Shown here: piece by piece, positions 21,965 through 32,016 of the stretch
Numbering within the stretch: the first letter of the stretch is position 1
Layout: each line of letters opens with the position of its first letter
Source: Solirubrobacterales bacterium
GTDB taxonomy: Bacteria; Actinomycetota; Thermoleophilia; Solirubrobacterales; Solirubrobacteraceae
Direction of reading: 5' to 3'
DNA: 64,000 bases
Assembly (NCBI GenBank): GCA_003137075.1
Contig: PLES01000052.1
Span: 10,017 to 74,016, forward strand
Position numbers and translations under genes: made by a program
Notes under the pieces: model-generated
Told to the model about the DNA's origin: nothing
The model's input: the letters and a program-made list of their open reading frames with translations, nothing else
Databases searched by the model: none

Positions 21965-22819
21965 TCAGGCGGCGGGGAACGAGCCGAGGCTGCGCAGCAC
22001 CTCGACATGTCCCGCGAGCGCGGCCAGCGCCTCGACCAGGTGTGGCTCGTCGTCACGGCCCTCGAGGTCGATGAAGAACATGTAGCGCCCGAGACCCTGA
22101 CGGCGCGGGCGAGACTCGATCCTCGTCATGTTCACGCCCCGCGAAGAGAGTTCGCCCAGACACGTCACCAGCCAGCCAGGGGCTTCCGAACCGGCACCCC
22201 AGAAGACGACCGCCGTCTTCCAGGGGCCACGCGGTTCACCGGCACCCGGAAGCCCGGCCGGCGCCCCGGTGGGCGCGAGCCAGACGAAACGGGTCTCGTT
22301 GCCCGCGAGGTCTTCGATGCTGGCGTTGAGGACCTGACAGCCGTAGAGGTCGGCTGCGAGCTTGGTGCCGATCGCGGCCCAGCGGTGGCGGATGCGCTCG
22401 GAGACAAGTCGCACGGCGTCGGCGGTGGAATCTGAGGTCATCACGCGTGCCTGCGGTAGCCGGCTGCGGATGAAGCGCGCGCACTGGGCGTTGCCCTGCG
22501 GGTGTGAGATCACGACCTCGATCTCCTCGAGCGGGATCGCGTCCTGTGCTATCAGGCACTGGTGGATCGGCAGCACCGTCTCAGCGACGATCGTGACCCC
22601 GTCGGTCTCAAACGCGAGCGTGTCGAGCGTCGCGCTGACCGAACCTTCAAGCGAGTTCTCAATCGGAACCACGGCGCGGTCAACGCTGCCGTCGTGCACT
22701 GCCATGACCGTGTCGTAGATCGTCGCGCAGGGGATCAACTCGAGGGAATCCGCTGCCGGCGCCGTGAGCGCGGCTTCCTGCGTAAAGGTCCCTTCAGGAC
22801 CCAGGTAACCGACCCGCAC
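21965..22819 (-). CDS. pheA: Prephenate dehydratase
   Basis: 284 aa with YLGPEGTFTQEAA, NETRFVWL (TRF motif) and a C-terminal ACT domain (ESRP, YMFFIDLEG). Confidence 0.85.
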   Translation of the reverse strand: MRVGYLGPEGTFTQEAALTAPAADSLELIPCATIYDTVMAVHDGSVDRAVVPIENSLEGSVSATLDTLAFETDGVTIVAETVLPIHQCLIAQDAIPLEEIEVVISHPQGNAQCARFIRSRLPQARVMTSDSTADAVRLVSERIRHRWAAIGTKLAADLYGCQVLNASIEDLAGNETRFVWLAPTGAPAGLPGAGEPRGPWKTAVVFWGAGSEAPGWLVTCLGELSSRGVNMTRIESRPRRQGLGRYMFFIDLEGRDDEPHLVEALAALAGHVEVLRSLGSFPAA

Positions 22820-22821
22820 GG

Positions 22822-23472
22822 TTAGGCCTGGCCGCCTTGACCGGCGCTCTGCACGGGGCCGTTGCCCGCGGGCGGGTCACTTGGTTCGCCGCCGCCGCCG
22901 CCCCGCCGCCCGGTGCCGAAGCCGGCGCCCCGTGCGCCCCGGCGCCTTTCAGCGTCCGCAACGGCCTCCTCACCGGTGTCGCCACGCAATGCGAGCGCGA
23001 CCGCCTCAGCCTCCTCCGGCGAGAGCTCCAGGTCAGACTTGCCTTGGTGCACCTGCTTGGCGTAAAGCCGGGCGTGCTCCCGATGGTGGATGGTCGAGAG
23101 CACCACACCTGACTGATTCGTGTCGAGCAGCGCCAGCGAAGTGGATTGCCGGCCGGACATCTCTCCGTAGGCGTCGTAACGCACCAACGCCCGGTGCGCG
23201 ATAGAGCCGTCGAGTCGCGTCTCCGCGTGCGTCACGCGTGTGTCGAGCCGCGTGCCGAAATCTTCCACGTACTGGGCGAGCGTCTCAAATGAGGCCTGTA
23301 GGTGTGCTGCGTGGGCCACAAGGTCCCGGTCGCCGTCTCCGAGCACCGCGCGCTGCGCGGCTCGCAGCCGACGCAAGGCGACGGTCAAGCCGATCGCCCA
23401 CGCCAGCCCAACAACAGCCGCGGCTCCGGCGGCAATCGCGACGACCTCAGTGGTGTGCTCGCTCCCGGTCAC
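22822..23472 (-). CDS. DUF4446-like membrane-anchored protein
   Basis: 216 aa with an N-terminal TM helix, then RYDAYGEMSGRQSTSLALLD...GVVLSTIHHREHARLYAK and a Gly/Arg-rich tail. The stop abuts the pheA start. Confidence 0.6.
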   Translation of the reverse strand: MTGSEHTTEVVAIAAGAAAVVGLAWAIGLTVALRRLRAAQRAVLGDGDRDLVAHAAHLQASFETLAQYVEDFGTRLDTRVTHAETRLDGSIAHRALVRYDAYGEMSGRQSTSLALLDTNQSGVVLSTIHHREHARLYAKQVHQGKSDLELSPEEAEAVALALRGDTGEEAVADAERRRGARGAGFGTGRRGGGGGEPSDPPAGNGPVQSAGQGGQA

Positions 23473-23498
23473 CCGCCGAAGGATAGGCGCACCGGTCG

Positions 23499-24644
23499 TC
23501 AGTTGAAGTCGACGTTGAAGGTCAGGAAGTTGTTGGCGGTATTTGTCTCGCGGGGCACGGGCACGACTTCAGCTGTGATCTGATAGGGGCCGGATAGCGC
23601 CTTAGGCAGCGTGACGCTGCAGTTCGCGCTGTGCTGCGGCGTGGTTTCAGGGATCGTCGATTGCGCCGTCTCCTTCGGCTCTCCCTTGACCGTTACCTTG
23701 CAGACAACCTGGTACTCGTCGAAGTCGCCGCCGTTCGTCAGCGAGAGGTCAAAGGTCGGTGCCGATGTAGAGACGGGGATCGTGTTCAGCACCGCGGTGC
23801 TCAGGGCTGTGCCATCGACGGTGACCGCGGTGAGATCGTGTCCGTGTAGGCCCGGTTGGTCGTTGTTCACAGCCTTGCTGGGGACGGTCGCCCCGATCCA
23901 GACGTCGACGGTCTTGGCGTCGAGCCAACCGAGGTCGGGAACCACTTGCCCCGAGTTGATGGTCGCGCCGGTGGTGCCGCCGATCGGCAGCCCCGCGTCG
24001 TTGAGGGCCGCCGCGATGCCGGTGCCGACCGAGGTCTTGTAGATCACGTCGGACGCGTACAGCATCGATGTGCCGCCGGTGATCTCGGCGACATCGCCGA
24101 CTGCTGTGGACTTGTCCATTGCGCCCTCGATATGCGAGGCGATCTGCTGAATCCCCTCGTAGCGAAGCTTCATCATCTGCACAAAGCTCTGCTGGGGGGT
24201 GGACATCTGGTCGGGCGTACTCAGGTCCTCGGCTCTCTGGAGCTGTGCGAGGGCGTCCCCGGCGGCCGTATTCAGATCCTGCTGGAGTCCGTTCAGGTTG
24301 CTACTCCCGTCGCCATTGCGGAGGTCTTTGAAGACCTGCGCGCCGGTGGTGTCGGAGGCCGTGACGTAGTTCGAGACGGTTCCCGCGTAGGCCTTGAGTG
24401 AATTCTTGGTCTGATTGACCTCTACGTGGTGAATCAGCAGAGCGACGACCACCACCAGGGCGACGATGACTCCGACGGCGATCAGCCGTCGTGTCTGCAC
24501 CTCTTGGTTATGGCCTCCGGGGGGACGGCGCGACGGTCCGCCAGGCGGTCGCGACCCGCCCCGGCCGGCTGGCCGCCTGGGGCGTGATGCTGCTCTGGAG
24601 GCTTGCGTCGGCTCGTCGGCCTCGTCCTCGTCGAAAAACGACAA
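23499..24644 (-). CDS. Hypothetical single-pass membrane protein with a beta-rich extracytoplasmic C-terminal domain
   Basis: 381 aa with an acidic then Arg/Pro/Gly-rich cytoplasmic head, one TM helix (LIAVGVIVALVVVVALLI), a helical region and a C-terminal Ig/CARDB-like segment (YQVVCKVTVKG...ITAEVVPVPRETNTANN). Confidence 0.5.
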   Translation of the reverse strand: MSFFDEDEADEPTQASRAASRPRRPAGRGGSRPPGGPSRRPPGGHNQEVQTRRLIAVGVIVALVVVVALLIHHVEVNQTKNSLKAYAGTVSNYVTASDTTGAQVFKDLRNGDGSSNLNGLQQDLNTAAGDALAQLQRAEDLSTPDQMSTPQQSFVQMMKLRYEGIQQIASHIEGAMDKSTAVGDVAEITGGTSMLYASDVIYKTSVGTGIAAALNDAGLPIGGTTGATINSGQVVPDLGWLDAKTVDVWIGATVPSKAVNNDQPGLHGHDLTAVTVDGTALSTAVLNTIPVSTSAPTFDLSLTNGGDFDEYQVVCKVTVKGEPKETAQSTIPETTPQHSANCSVTLPKALSGPYQITAEVVPVPRETNTANNFLTFNVDFN

Positions 24645-24783
24645 GTTTTATTCGCTCCTTGCGGGGATATCTGAACGCTGAGTAATAGCGGCTGAGTGGC
24701 CGCTGCGCCAAGTTCGCAAGCGCTCGTGCAAGTAGGCGACCACACGCAGGGAAGCCGGACTCGGCCGCGAACTCCGCTCACAC

Positions 24784-26634
24784 GTGAGCGCGCTTCAGTT
24801 GCCGACAGCCACCGAGGGGGCGATCCTCGGCCGTTACCGCCTCACCAAGCAGCTTGGCAGCGGCGCCTTCGGCACGGTCTGGTCGGCTCGTGACGAGCGC
24901 TTGGATCGTGACGTGGCGGTCAAGGTACTGCCGCGCAGCCGTGTGATTCATCAGCGCTTTGAGCGTGAGGCACGGGCCGCCGCGCGGCTTCAGCACCCGG
25001 CGATCGTCACGCTCTATGAAGCCGCGGTGGACGATGAGGGCGCCTACCTAGTTTCCGAATTGGTCCGGGGCCGCACGCTCGACCAGATGCTCGCGGCCGG
25101 CAAGCTCTCGGACCGAGAGATCATTGAGATCGGCGTCAGCCTCTGCGAGGCACTTGATCACGCGCACGATCAGGGCGTCATCCACCGCGACGTCAAACCT
25201 TCCAACATCCTGGTCTCAAACCGATCCAGCAACGTCGCCGGGCGCGCCAAGCTGACCGACTTCGGCGTCGCGCATGTGGTTGGCGGCGACTCCCTGACCC
25301 GCACCGGCGACGTGATCGGCACGCTTGCGTACATGGCGCCCGAACAGGCTGAGGGTCGCGAGGTGACGCCGAGTGCGGACATCTACTCACTGGCGTTGGT
25401 GCTCTACGAGGCGCTCACCGGCGTGAATCCGCAGGAGGACGCGCCTGCGCACGGCCTGCGCCGCCGCCGCCACAGCAGTTTCGTGCCGCCGCTTCGCCGT
25501 CAGCGTCGCGACCTGCCACGCGGCCTTGGTTACGGCATCGATCTGGCGCTGAGCCCGCGCGCCGATGCGCGCGGCAGCCTGCGCGAGCTCAGGGCGGCGC
25601 TTGCAGGCTCGCTGGTCGAGGCCGACGATACCCGGGGCGTTGTCGGCGGCTGGCACGGCTACGACGAGACGGAAGTCGACGAGGATCCCGGTCTCGCATG
25701 GCGTGAGCGGCACGATGCCGACGGCACGCCGCGACTGCAGTTCGATCGCGACGAAACGCTTGTCGGCGGTCGTTCCAGGAGGAGCCGCGTGGCTTCCCAT
25801 CAGGTGAGCCGCCGCGCTTCCGCAAATCCCGCAGGCGCTCCGGAGTGGCTGCCGCGCGCCTTGTCCGCACTCGGGGCGGGACTGACCGCCTCATGGCTCT
25901 CAGTGCATCTGCTCAAGCAAGCGCCGCTGGCGCCGGCCGCGATCGCCTTGATCGCAGCCGCGCTCGCGCTGCTGCTGCCGCGTCTCGGCTGGCTCGTCAC
26001 GGTTGGCGCCTTTGCGGTGTTGGCAGCCGGCGAGGGCCGCACCGGCGGTGCCGTGCTCTGGCTGCTGGTGGCAGTTCCGCCGGTCGCGCTGTTGAGCTTG
26101 AAGGACGGTTGGTCGGCACCCGGGCTCGCGCCGGCGCTCGGACTGATCGGGCTCGCCGCCGCCTTCCCGGCGTTCGCCGCCAAGGCGGGCAGGAGTTGGT
26201 GGCAGCGTGCGATCATCGCGGCCGCCGGCTACGTTTGGCTGATCGCCGCCGGTGCGCTGGCCGGCCACAGCCTCTTCTGGCTGCCCTTCAAGCCCCCAGT
26301 CGTGCACGGCTGGATGACCAGCCCCGACGCGATGGTGAACCAACTGCTGATCCCGCTGGTTCAGGCCCGCGGCCTAGCAGGAGCCTTGGTCTGGGCGGCG
26401 GCGGCCGCGCTGGCGCCGCTGCTCGCCACGCGCCGCTGGCCAACGCTCGATCTGCTGCTCGCGATCGGCTGGGGCGCGGCGACGCTGTCAGCGCTGGAAG
26501 CCGTCGGGGCGCGTCCACTGAGCGATCCGATCACAGGAACCGCAGTTGCAGTCCTGGTCCTAGGCTGGCCGGCACTCACAACCCTAACCCGCGAACTTCG
26601 CTCGGGCGCTGGAAACGCAGCTTTGGTTGCGTAG
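24784..26634 (+). CDS. Ser/Thr protein kinase fused to a polytopic (about 8-10 TM) C-terminal membrane domain
   Basis: 616 aa, GTG start. Hanks motifs GSGAFGTVW, VAVKVL, HRDVKPSNIL, DFG and APE, followed by an Arg-rich linker and about 270 aa of hydrophobic helices. Confidence 0.8.
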   Translation: MSALQLPTATEGAILGRYRLTKQLGSGAFGTVWSARDERLDRDVAVKVLPRSRVIHQRFEREARAAARLQHPAIVTLYEAAVDDEGAYLVSELVRGRTLDQMLAAGKLSDREIIEIGVSLCEALDHAHDQGVIHRDVKPSNILVSNRSSNVAGRAKLTDFGVAHVVGGDSLTRTGDVIGTLAYMAPEQAEGREVTPSADIYSLALVLYEALTGVNPQEDAPAHGLRRRRHSSFVPPLRRQRRDLPRGLGYGIDLALSPRADARGSLRELRAALAGSLVEADDTRGVVGGWHGYDETEVDEDPGLAWRERHDADGTPRLQFDRDETLVGGRSRRSRVASHQVSRRASANPAGAPEWLPRALSALGAGLTASWLSVHLLKQAPLAPAAIALIAAALALLLPRLGWLVTVGAFAVLAAGEGRTGGAVLWLLVAVPPVALLSLKDGWSAPGLAPALGLIGLAAAFPAFAAKAGRSWWQRAIIAAAGYVWLIAAGALAGHSLFWLPFKPPVVHGWMTSPDAMVNQLLIPLVQARGLAGALVWAAAAALAPLLATRRWPTLDLLLAIGWGAATLSALEAVGARPLSDPITGTAVAVLVLGWPALTTLTRELRSGAGNAALVA

Positions 26635-26660
26635 CATGAATACCCGGAGAAGCCTTACTG

Positions 26661-27425
26661 ATGAGCGTTCTGAAAAGCCTAGAGAACAAGATCGCCGGGG
26701 CGGTCGAAGGGACCTTCAGCCGGGTTTTCCGGTCGGAGGTCCGACCCGTGGAGATCGCGCGCAAGCTTGCGCGGGAGATGGAGGAGCATCAGTACGGCTC
26801 GCTCTCGCGGGTCTATGTACCTAACGAGTACCGGGTTTACCTGTCTGCGCGCGACCGTGAGCGATTCATCAGCTATGAGGATGCACTTGCCGGGGAGCTC
26901 GGCGCCTACCTGCTTGAGCATGCGCGCCGTGAGCGCTACGCACTGCTGTCGGCGCCGGTGATTCAGTTTGAGACCGACGTGCGTCTCGGGCTCGGTCAGT
27001 TCGGGATCGCGACCCGCGTCGTGGAGGCTGATGACCTGCCGGCGGCGCCAGTCCGCGAGCAGGCTCGCGAGCAGTTTGGCGAGACGCTGGTGTTCAGCTC
27101 AGCCGATCCGGTCGAGGCACCGCCGCAGCAGGCCACGCTGCGCAGCAGCAATGCCCTGCTGCTTTACAACGGGCGCCGCATCATCGTCGGCGGGCAGGGA
27201 GCGACGATCGGCCGTAGCCGCGAGTGTGAGGTGGTTGTCGACGATGCCAACGTCTCGCGCAAGCACGCCGAGCTGCGGCTGCGCGCGGGTGCCTGGATCC
27301 TGACCGACCTTGACTCCACCAACGGCACCCGTTTGGATGGACGCCGGATCGAGCGACCTGAGCCGCTCGAACCCGGTGATCGGATCGAAGTTGGTGCCAG
27401 CGTCATCACCTTCGATCTGGACTGA
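26661..27425 (+). CDS. fhaA: FhaA-like protein (DUF3662 N-terminal domain + C-terminal FHA domain)
   Basis: 254 aa with an MSVLKSLENKIAGAVEGTFSRVF N-terminus and an FHA core (TIGRSRECEVVVDDANVSRKHAEL...LDSTNGTRLDG). Confidence 0.8.
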   Translation: MSVLKSLENKIAGAVEGTFSRVFRSEVRPVEIARKLAREMEEHQYGSLSRVYVPNEYRVYLSARDRERFISYEDALAGELGAYLLEHARRERYALLSAPVIQFETDVRLGLGQFGIATRVVEADDLPAAPVREQAREQFGETLVFSSADPVEAPPQQATLRSSNALLLYNGRRIIVGGQGATIGRSRECEVVVDDANVSRKHAELRLRAGAWILTDLDSTNGTRLDGRRIERPEPLEPGDRIEVGASVITFDLD

Positions 27426-27437
27426 CGGGACGCGCTG

Positions 27438-27923
27438 ATGCTGCAACCCGTCTCAGTCGGACTCAAGTTCGGCTTCCTGATCGTCCTCTATCTCTTCCTC
27501 TTCTGGGTCGCGACCAGCTCCCTCTTTGATCTGCGCCGGGGCTTCGGGGGCAGGGGCAGCGGCGCCGCGGCGCCGCCTGACGCGACCGGTATTCACGCCA
27601 CCGTGGACCCGCTGCAGGTGCTCGGCCAGGAATTCGAGCCGCGCCTCGTGGTGGACGGAGCGCTCGGTCATAAGCCTGGGGTGGCTTATGACCTGGCTTC
27701 GGGCGCTACTCTCGGGCGCGGTGACGTCGAGATCCAGCTCCAGGATCCGTTCGCGTCTACCCGTCACGCGAAGATCACTCGTCAGGGAAGGACGCTCGTG
27801 ATTGAGGATCTCTCTTCGACCAACGGCACCTACCTGAACGACGAGCTGTTGAACGGTCCGGCGCCGCTTCGCGACGGTGACCAGATCCGTATCGGCGACT
27901 CGAAGTTTTCCTATTACCAGTAG
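27438..27923 (+). CDS. fhaB: FhaB/FipA-like membrane-anchored FHA-domain protein
   Basis: 161 aa with an N-terminal TM helix and an FHA core (LGRGDVEIQLQDPFASTRHAKI...DLSSTNGTYLN). Confidence 0.75.
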   Translation: MLQPVSVGLKFGFLIVLYLFLFWVATSSLFDLRRGFGGRGSGAAAPPDATGIHATVDPLQVLGQEFEPRLVVDGALGHKPGVAYDLASGATLGRGDVEIQLQDPFASTRHAKITRQGRTLVIEDLSSTNGTYLNDELLNGPAPLRDGDQIRIGDSKFSYYQ

Positions 27924-27953
27924 GCCCCAAAGCCGCACCACCCAGACCAGAAG

Positions 27954-29195
27954 ATGCTTAGAGCAGCAGAGACGATCGTGCGCACCGACCCAGGGCGTCA
28001 GCGCGCCGGCAATGAGGACTCAACGTTCGCGCGCGCGCCGGTGTTCGCGCTGGCCGACGGCATGGGCGGCGCACAGGCCGGCGAAGTCGCGTCGGCGATA
28101 GTCGCGCATACCTTTGCACAGGGTCTGCCGGACGAGGGCACATCTGAGCAGCGGCTCGCCGAGACCATTCAGCTGGCCAACCAGGAGATCCACAAGCGAC
28201 AGCTTGCGGAGCACGAGCACGCCGGCATGGGCACTACCGTCACCGCCGCCTATCTCGACGAAGACTCGGTGGCGATAGCGAACGTCGGCGACAGCCGTGG
28301 CTACCTCTTCCGGGACGGAGAACTGCAGCGTCTGACCAACGATCACTCGCTGGTGCAAGAGTTGGTCGCCAAGGGCGAGCTGACCGACGAGGAGGCGCTC
28401 GAGCATCCGCAGCGCTCGATAATCACACGCGCGCTGGGGCCGGAGGCCGTCGTTGAGGTCGACACCTGGAGCTACCCGCTGCGCCCGGGAGACGTTGTGA
28501 TGCTCTGCTCCGACGGCCTCACCGACATGATTCCCGAGCGGCAGGTGCAGCAGGCGCTGCTTGAGTCCCCGAGCCTGTCCGCCGCCGCCGATCGTCTGAT
28601 CGACGAAGCCAACGCAGCCGGCGGCCGCGACAACATCACCGTCGTGCTGTTCCGGGCTGAGACGGTCGAGCCGGGCAGCTCCGTGGATCAGCCGACAAGC
28701 GCCTACGAGGTCTCGTTTGACGATCTCGCGGCTGCCGAACGCGTGCCCCCGGCCCCGGCCCCGCCGCTGCCCGTGACGCCGCGCCCGTCGCTGCGGGCGC
28801 CGCTCTCACGCCGCCAGGGCTGGAAGCCGCGGGTCCCCAAGGGCATGGTGCAACCGGGGCCGCGGGAGCGCCAATTCGGGCGCCTTGGCAAGGCGGTGGC
28901 CGCCACGGTGGCGGTACTCGTCGTCTTGTTCCTATTCGGCGGCGGCGGCTACCTGGCCAGCCGTCAGCTTTACTTCCTGGGAACGAATGGCCAGGGAACG
29001 GTCGTCGTGTACCGCGGCTTCCCGTACGTGTTGCCGTTCGGCGTCCCGATGTACGAAACGTTCTATGTCTCCGGTGTGCCGGCCGCGCTGATCCCGGCTT
29101 CACGCCGAGGTGACGTTCTCAACCACGCGATGCGCGACCAGACCAGCGCGATCAAGCTGGTCAATCAGCTGGAGCTCGGCCAGATCGTCAAATGA
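27954..29195 (+). CDS. pstP: PP2C-family Ser/Thr phosphatase (PstP-like) with C-terminal TM anchor
   Basis: 413 aa with NEDS, ALADGMGG, VGDSRGY, CSDGLTD and GRDNITVV, then a Pro-rich linker and a TM helix. Confidence 0.85.
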   Translation: MLRAAETIVRTDPGRQRAGNEDSTFARAPVFALADGMGGAQAGEVASAIVAHTFAQGLPDEGTSEQRLAETIQLANQEIHKRQLAEHEHAGMGTTVTAAYLDEDSVAIANVGDSRGYLFRDGELQRLTNDHSLVQELVAKGELTDEEALEHPQRSIITRALGPEAVVEVDTWSYPLRPGDVVMLCSDGLTDMIPERQVQQALLESPSLSAAADRLIDEANAAGGRDNITVVLFRAETVEPGSSVDQPTSAYEVSFDDLAAAERVPPAPAPPLPVTPRPSLRAPLSRRQGWKPRVPKGMVQPGPRERQFGRLGKAVAATVAVLVVLFLFGGGGYLASRQLYFLGTNGQGTVVVYRGFPYVLPFGVPMYETFYVSGVPAALIPASRRGDVLNHAMRDQTSAIKLVNQLELGQIVK

Positions 29196-30514
29196 GGGCG
29201 CGCAACCGCGAGTTGTTCGGCCTGGTCCCCGCCGCGCTGCTGCTCACGGCCGGATTTGCGGCCGTCTTCATCCAGGAGTCGGGAAAGCTCTCAAACGTCT
29301 CACTGGTCTACGGCGCGGTCTTCCTTGGACTGTGCCTGGCCGGACACATCTTCATCCGGATCACGCTGCCGCACGCGGACCCCTACATCTTTCCGCTGGT
29401 GGCGGTGCTCGCCTGCTTCGGCCTGGTGATGATCTACCGCATCGCGGGCGCTACGGAGGCTCGTCAGCAGGCGCAGTGGTTCGTACTCGGCCTGTTCCTG
29501 TTCGCGGGCACGGTGATGTTCTTCCGGGACTACCGAAAGCTAGAGAACTACCGGTATCTGATCGTGATCGGATCGATCGTTTTCATGGTGCTACCCCGTG
29601 TGCCAGGCCTCGAGTCCGCTACGCAGACCCAGACCTACGGGGCCTACCTGGAGATCCACGTCGGCTCAGTCACGTTCCAGCCGACCGAGTTCGCGAAGAT
29701 CGGCCTCGTGATCTTCCTCGCCAGTTATCTGCGCGACCACCGCCAGGCGCTGGCCGAGGGACGCAAGATCTTCGGCTATCGCGTGCCGCCGCTCAAGCAT
29801 CTCGGCCCCGTGCTGCTGCTGTGGGGCGTCGCGATGCTGATCCTGGTCTTCCTGCATGACATCGGTTCCTCACTGATGTTCTACGGCGGACTGCTGTCGA
29901 TCGTCTACGTGGCCACGCAACGCGTCTCGTTCGTGGTGATCGGGCTCGTCGCATTCGGCGTCGGAGCCTGGTACCTGGGCACTCACATCCCCCACATCGA
30001 CTCGCGCGTACAGGCGTGGCTTTACCCGTTCAAGCCGAGCCTCTACAACGCCCAGAGCGGTAGCAGCTACCAGATAGCCAACGGTCTCTTCTCGCAGGCT
30101 CAAGGCGGGCTGTTCGGCCAGGGCTTCGGCCAAGCCTTGTTGACGGTCCCAGGAACCCACGACGCCTACGTTCCGCTGTCCGATACGGACATGATCTACG
30201 CGGTCATCACCGACGAGCTCGGCCTGTTCGGGGCGGCGGCACTGCTGCTGATCTACCTGCTGCTGGTGGCGCGGGGCTTCAAGGCGGCGATGCTCGCGCG
30301 CGACTCCTTCTCGAAGCTGATGGCGACCGGGCTCTCCGCGATTCTCGCGATCCAGGTCTTCGTGATCGTCGGCGGGGTTACGCGGGTGATCCCGTTCACC
30401 GGCGTGACGTTGCCGTTCGTCTCATACGGCGGCTCCTCGATCATGGCCAACTTCATCCTGGTGGCGCTGCTGCTGCTCGTCTCTGACCGGGCTCGGCGCC
30501 CAACCACAACGTGA
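29192..30514 (+). CDS. rodA: SEDS-family peptidoglycan polymerase (FtsW/RodA)
   Basis: 440 aa polytopic protein with QPTEFAKIGLVIFLASYL, DIGSSLMF and PFTGVTLPFVSYGGSS. ATGA overlap with the phosphatase gene. Confidence 0.9.
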   Translation: MRARNRELFGLVPAALLLTAGFAAVFIQESGKLSNVSLVYGAVFLGLCLAGHIFIRITLPHADPYIFPLVAVLACFGLVMIYRIAGATEARQQAQWFVLGLFLFAGTVMFFRDYRKLENYRYLIVIGSIVFMVLPRVPGLESATQTQTYGAYLEIHVGSVTFQPTEFAKIGLVIFLASYLRDHRQALAEGRKIFGYRVPPLKHLGPVLLLWGVAMLILVFLHDIGSSLMFYGGLLSIVYVATQRVSFVVIGLVAFGVGAWYLGTHIPHIDSRVQAWLYPFKPSLYNAQSGSSYQIANGLFSQAQGGLFGQGFGQALLTVPGTHDAYVPLSDTDMIYAVITDELGLFGAAALLLIYLLLVARGFKAAMLARDSFSKLMATGLSAILAIQVFVIVGGVTRVIPFTGVTLPFVSYGGSSIMANFILVALLLLVSDRARRPTTT

Positions 30515-32016
30515 ACCGCGCGATCGTCAGGCTGTTCGCGGTAATGATGCTGCTGTTCGTGGTGCTGGTCGCATTCACCTCGCGCTGGACGGTGTTCAGC
30601 GCCACCGCGCTGCAGGACAATCCACTCAACAAACTGCAGACCTATGCCTCGTGGAAGGTGAAGCGTGGCAAGATCATCGCTGAAGACGGCGTCGTACTGG
30701 CAAAGTCCGTACCGGCCAGCGGCGGGATCTGGAACCGCAAGTACCCACAGGGCTCGCTGTTCGCGCAGACGATCGGCTATTCAGATGAGCAGCAGGGTTC
30801 ATCAGCCGGTATGGAGCAGTTCTTCGGCCAACAGCTGAGTGGCCACAAGAGCGCGCTGGCGAGCGTTTTCGGATCGTTCGGCGGTGCTGCCGTCGGTGAC
30901 GACCTCTACTCGACCCTCGATTCCAAGGCCCAGGCGCTGGCGCGGAAACTGCTCGACAAGCCGGGAGCTTGCGGGCCAAACCCTACGCCGTGTACGGGCG
31001 CGGTCGTAGCAATCGTGCCCCAGACGGGAGCGGTCAGGGTGATGTACTCGAATCCGACCTACGACGACAACGACCCCAACAAGTACGGGCGCGATTCAGA
31101 TTGCGAGCCCAACCCGTTCGACAATGGCTGCCTCGTCAACCTCGCGCTCGCCGGGCGCTTCCCGCCAGGATCGACCTTCAAGCTCGTGACCACGGCGGCG
31201 GCGCTGGACAGCGGCAAGTACACGCCGGACTCGACGTTCAGCGGCGACTCGCCCGTCACGATCTCAGGCCGCCCCCTTCAGAACGACAGCAACCACAGCT
31301 ACGGTGAGGTCACCCTGACCCAGGCGCTGACCGACTCTATTAACACGGTTTACGCACCGCTCGGCCTGAGCCTGGGTTCTAATCTGATGCTCGAATACAT
31401 GAGGCGCTTCGGCTTCTACTCGACGCCGCCGCTCCAGTATCCGGCCAACGAGATGAGCGCCAGCGGCGAGCTTGACGAACAGACGCAGAAGTTGGTCAAG
31501 CCGCCGGGACCCTGCACTAGCTACTACAACTGCGTGGACCTGGGCCGCATGTCGATCGGGCAGGACAAGCTCGCCGTGACGCCACTGCAGATGGCGATGG
31601 TCGTCGCGACCGTTGCCGACCGTGGCAAGCTGATGGAGCCGCGGCTGGCAACCAAGGTCGTGGACGCGGAGGGGCAGGTGGTGGAGAGCTTCCCGCCAGT
31701 GGAGGATGACCAGGTGATGAAGCCCAAGATCGCAGCCGAGCTGCAGGCGATGATGAGAGACGTAGTGGAGGAAGGCACCGGTCAGTCCGCGAATCTTGAG
31801 GGGTACCAGATCGCCGGAAAGACTGGCACCGCCTCGACCGCGGTCACCAAAGACGGCCAGCCGCTGGACGACGCCTGGTTCGTGGGATTCCCCATCCATG
31901 ATCCAGACATCGCGGTTGCCGTCATGCTTGAGAACATTCCAGAGGGATACGGCGGCACCTACGCGGCGCCAATCGCTGCACAGATGATCAAGACACTGCA
32001 GGCAGAGGACCGATGA
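30511..32016 (+). CDS. pbpA: Class B penicillin-binding protein (PbpA-like transpeptidase)
   Basis: 501 aa with an N-terminal TM helix, STFK active site (PPGSTFKLVT), SIN-like SxN motif (DSINTV) and KTG (AGKTGTA). GTGA overlap with the upstream gene. Confidence 0.85.
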   Translation: MNRAIVRLFAVMMLLFVVLVAFTSRWTVFSATALQDNPLNKLQTYASWKVKRGKIIAEDGVVLAKSVPASGGIWNRKYPQGSLFAQTIGYSDEQQGSSAGMEQFFGQQLSGHKSALASVFGSFGGAAVGDDLYSTLDSKAQALARKLLDKPGACGPNPTPCTGAVVAIVPQTGAVRVMYSNPTYDDNDPNKYGRDSDCEPNPFDNGCLVNLALAGRFPPGSTFKLVTTAAALDSGKYTPDSTFSGDSPVTISGRPLQNDSNHSYGEVTLTQALTDSINTVYAPLGLSLGSNLMLEYMRRFGFYSTPPLQYPANEMSASGELDEQTQKLVKPPGPCTSYYNCVDLGRMSIGQDKLAVTPLQMAMVVATVADRGKLMEPRLATKVVDAEGQVVESFPPVEDDQVMKPKIAAELQAMMRDVVEEGTGQSANLEGYQIAGKTGTASTAVTKDGQPLDDAWFVGFPIHDPDIAVAVMLENIPEGYGGTYAAPIAAQMIKTLQAEDR

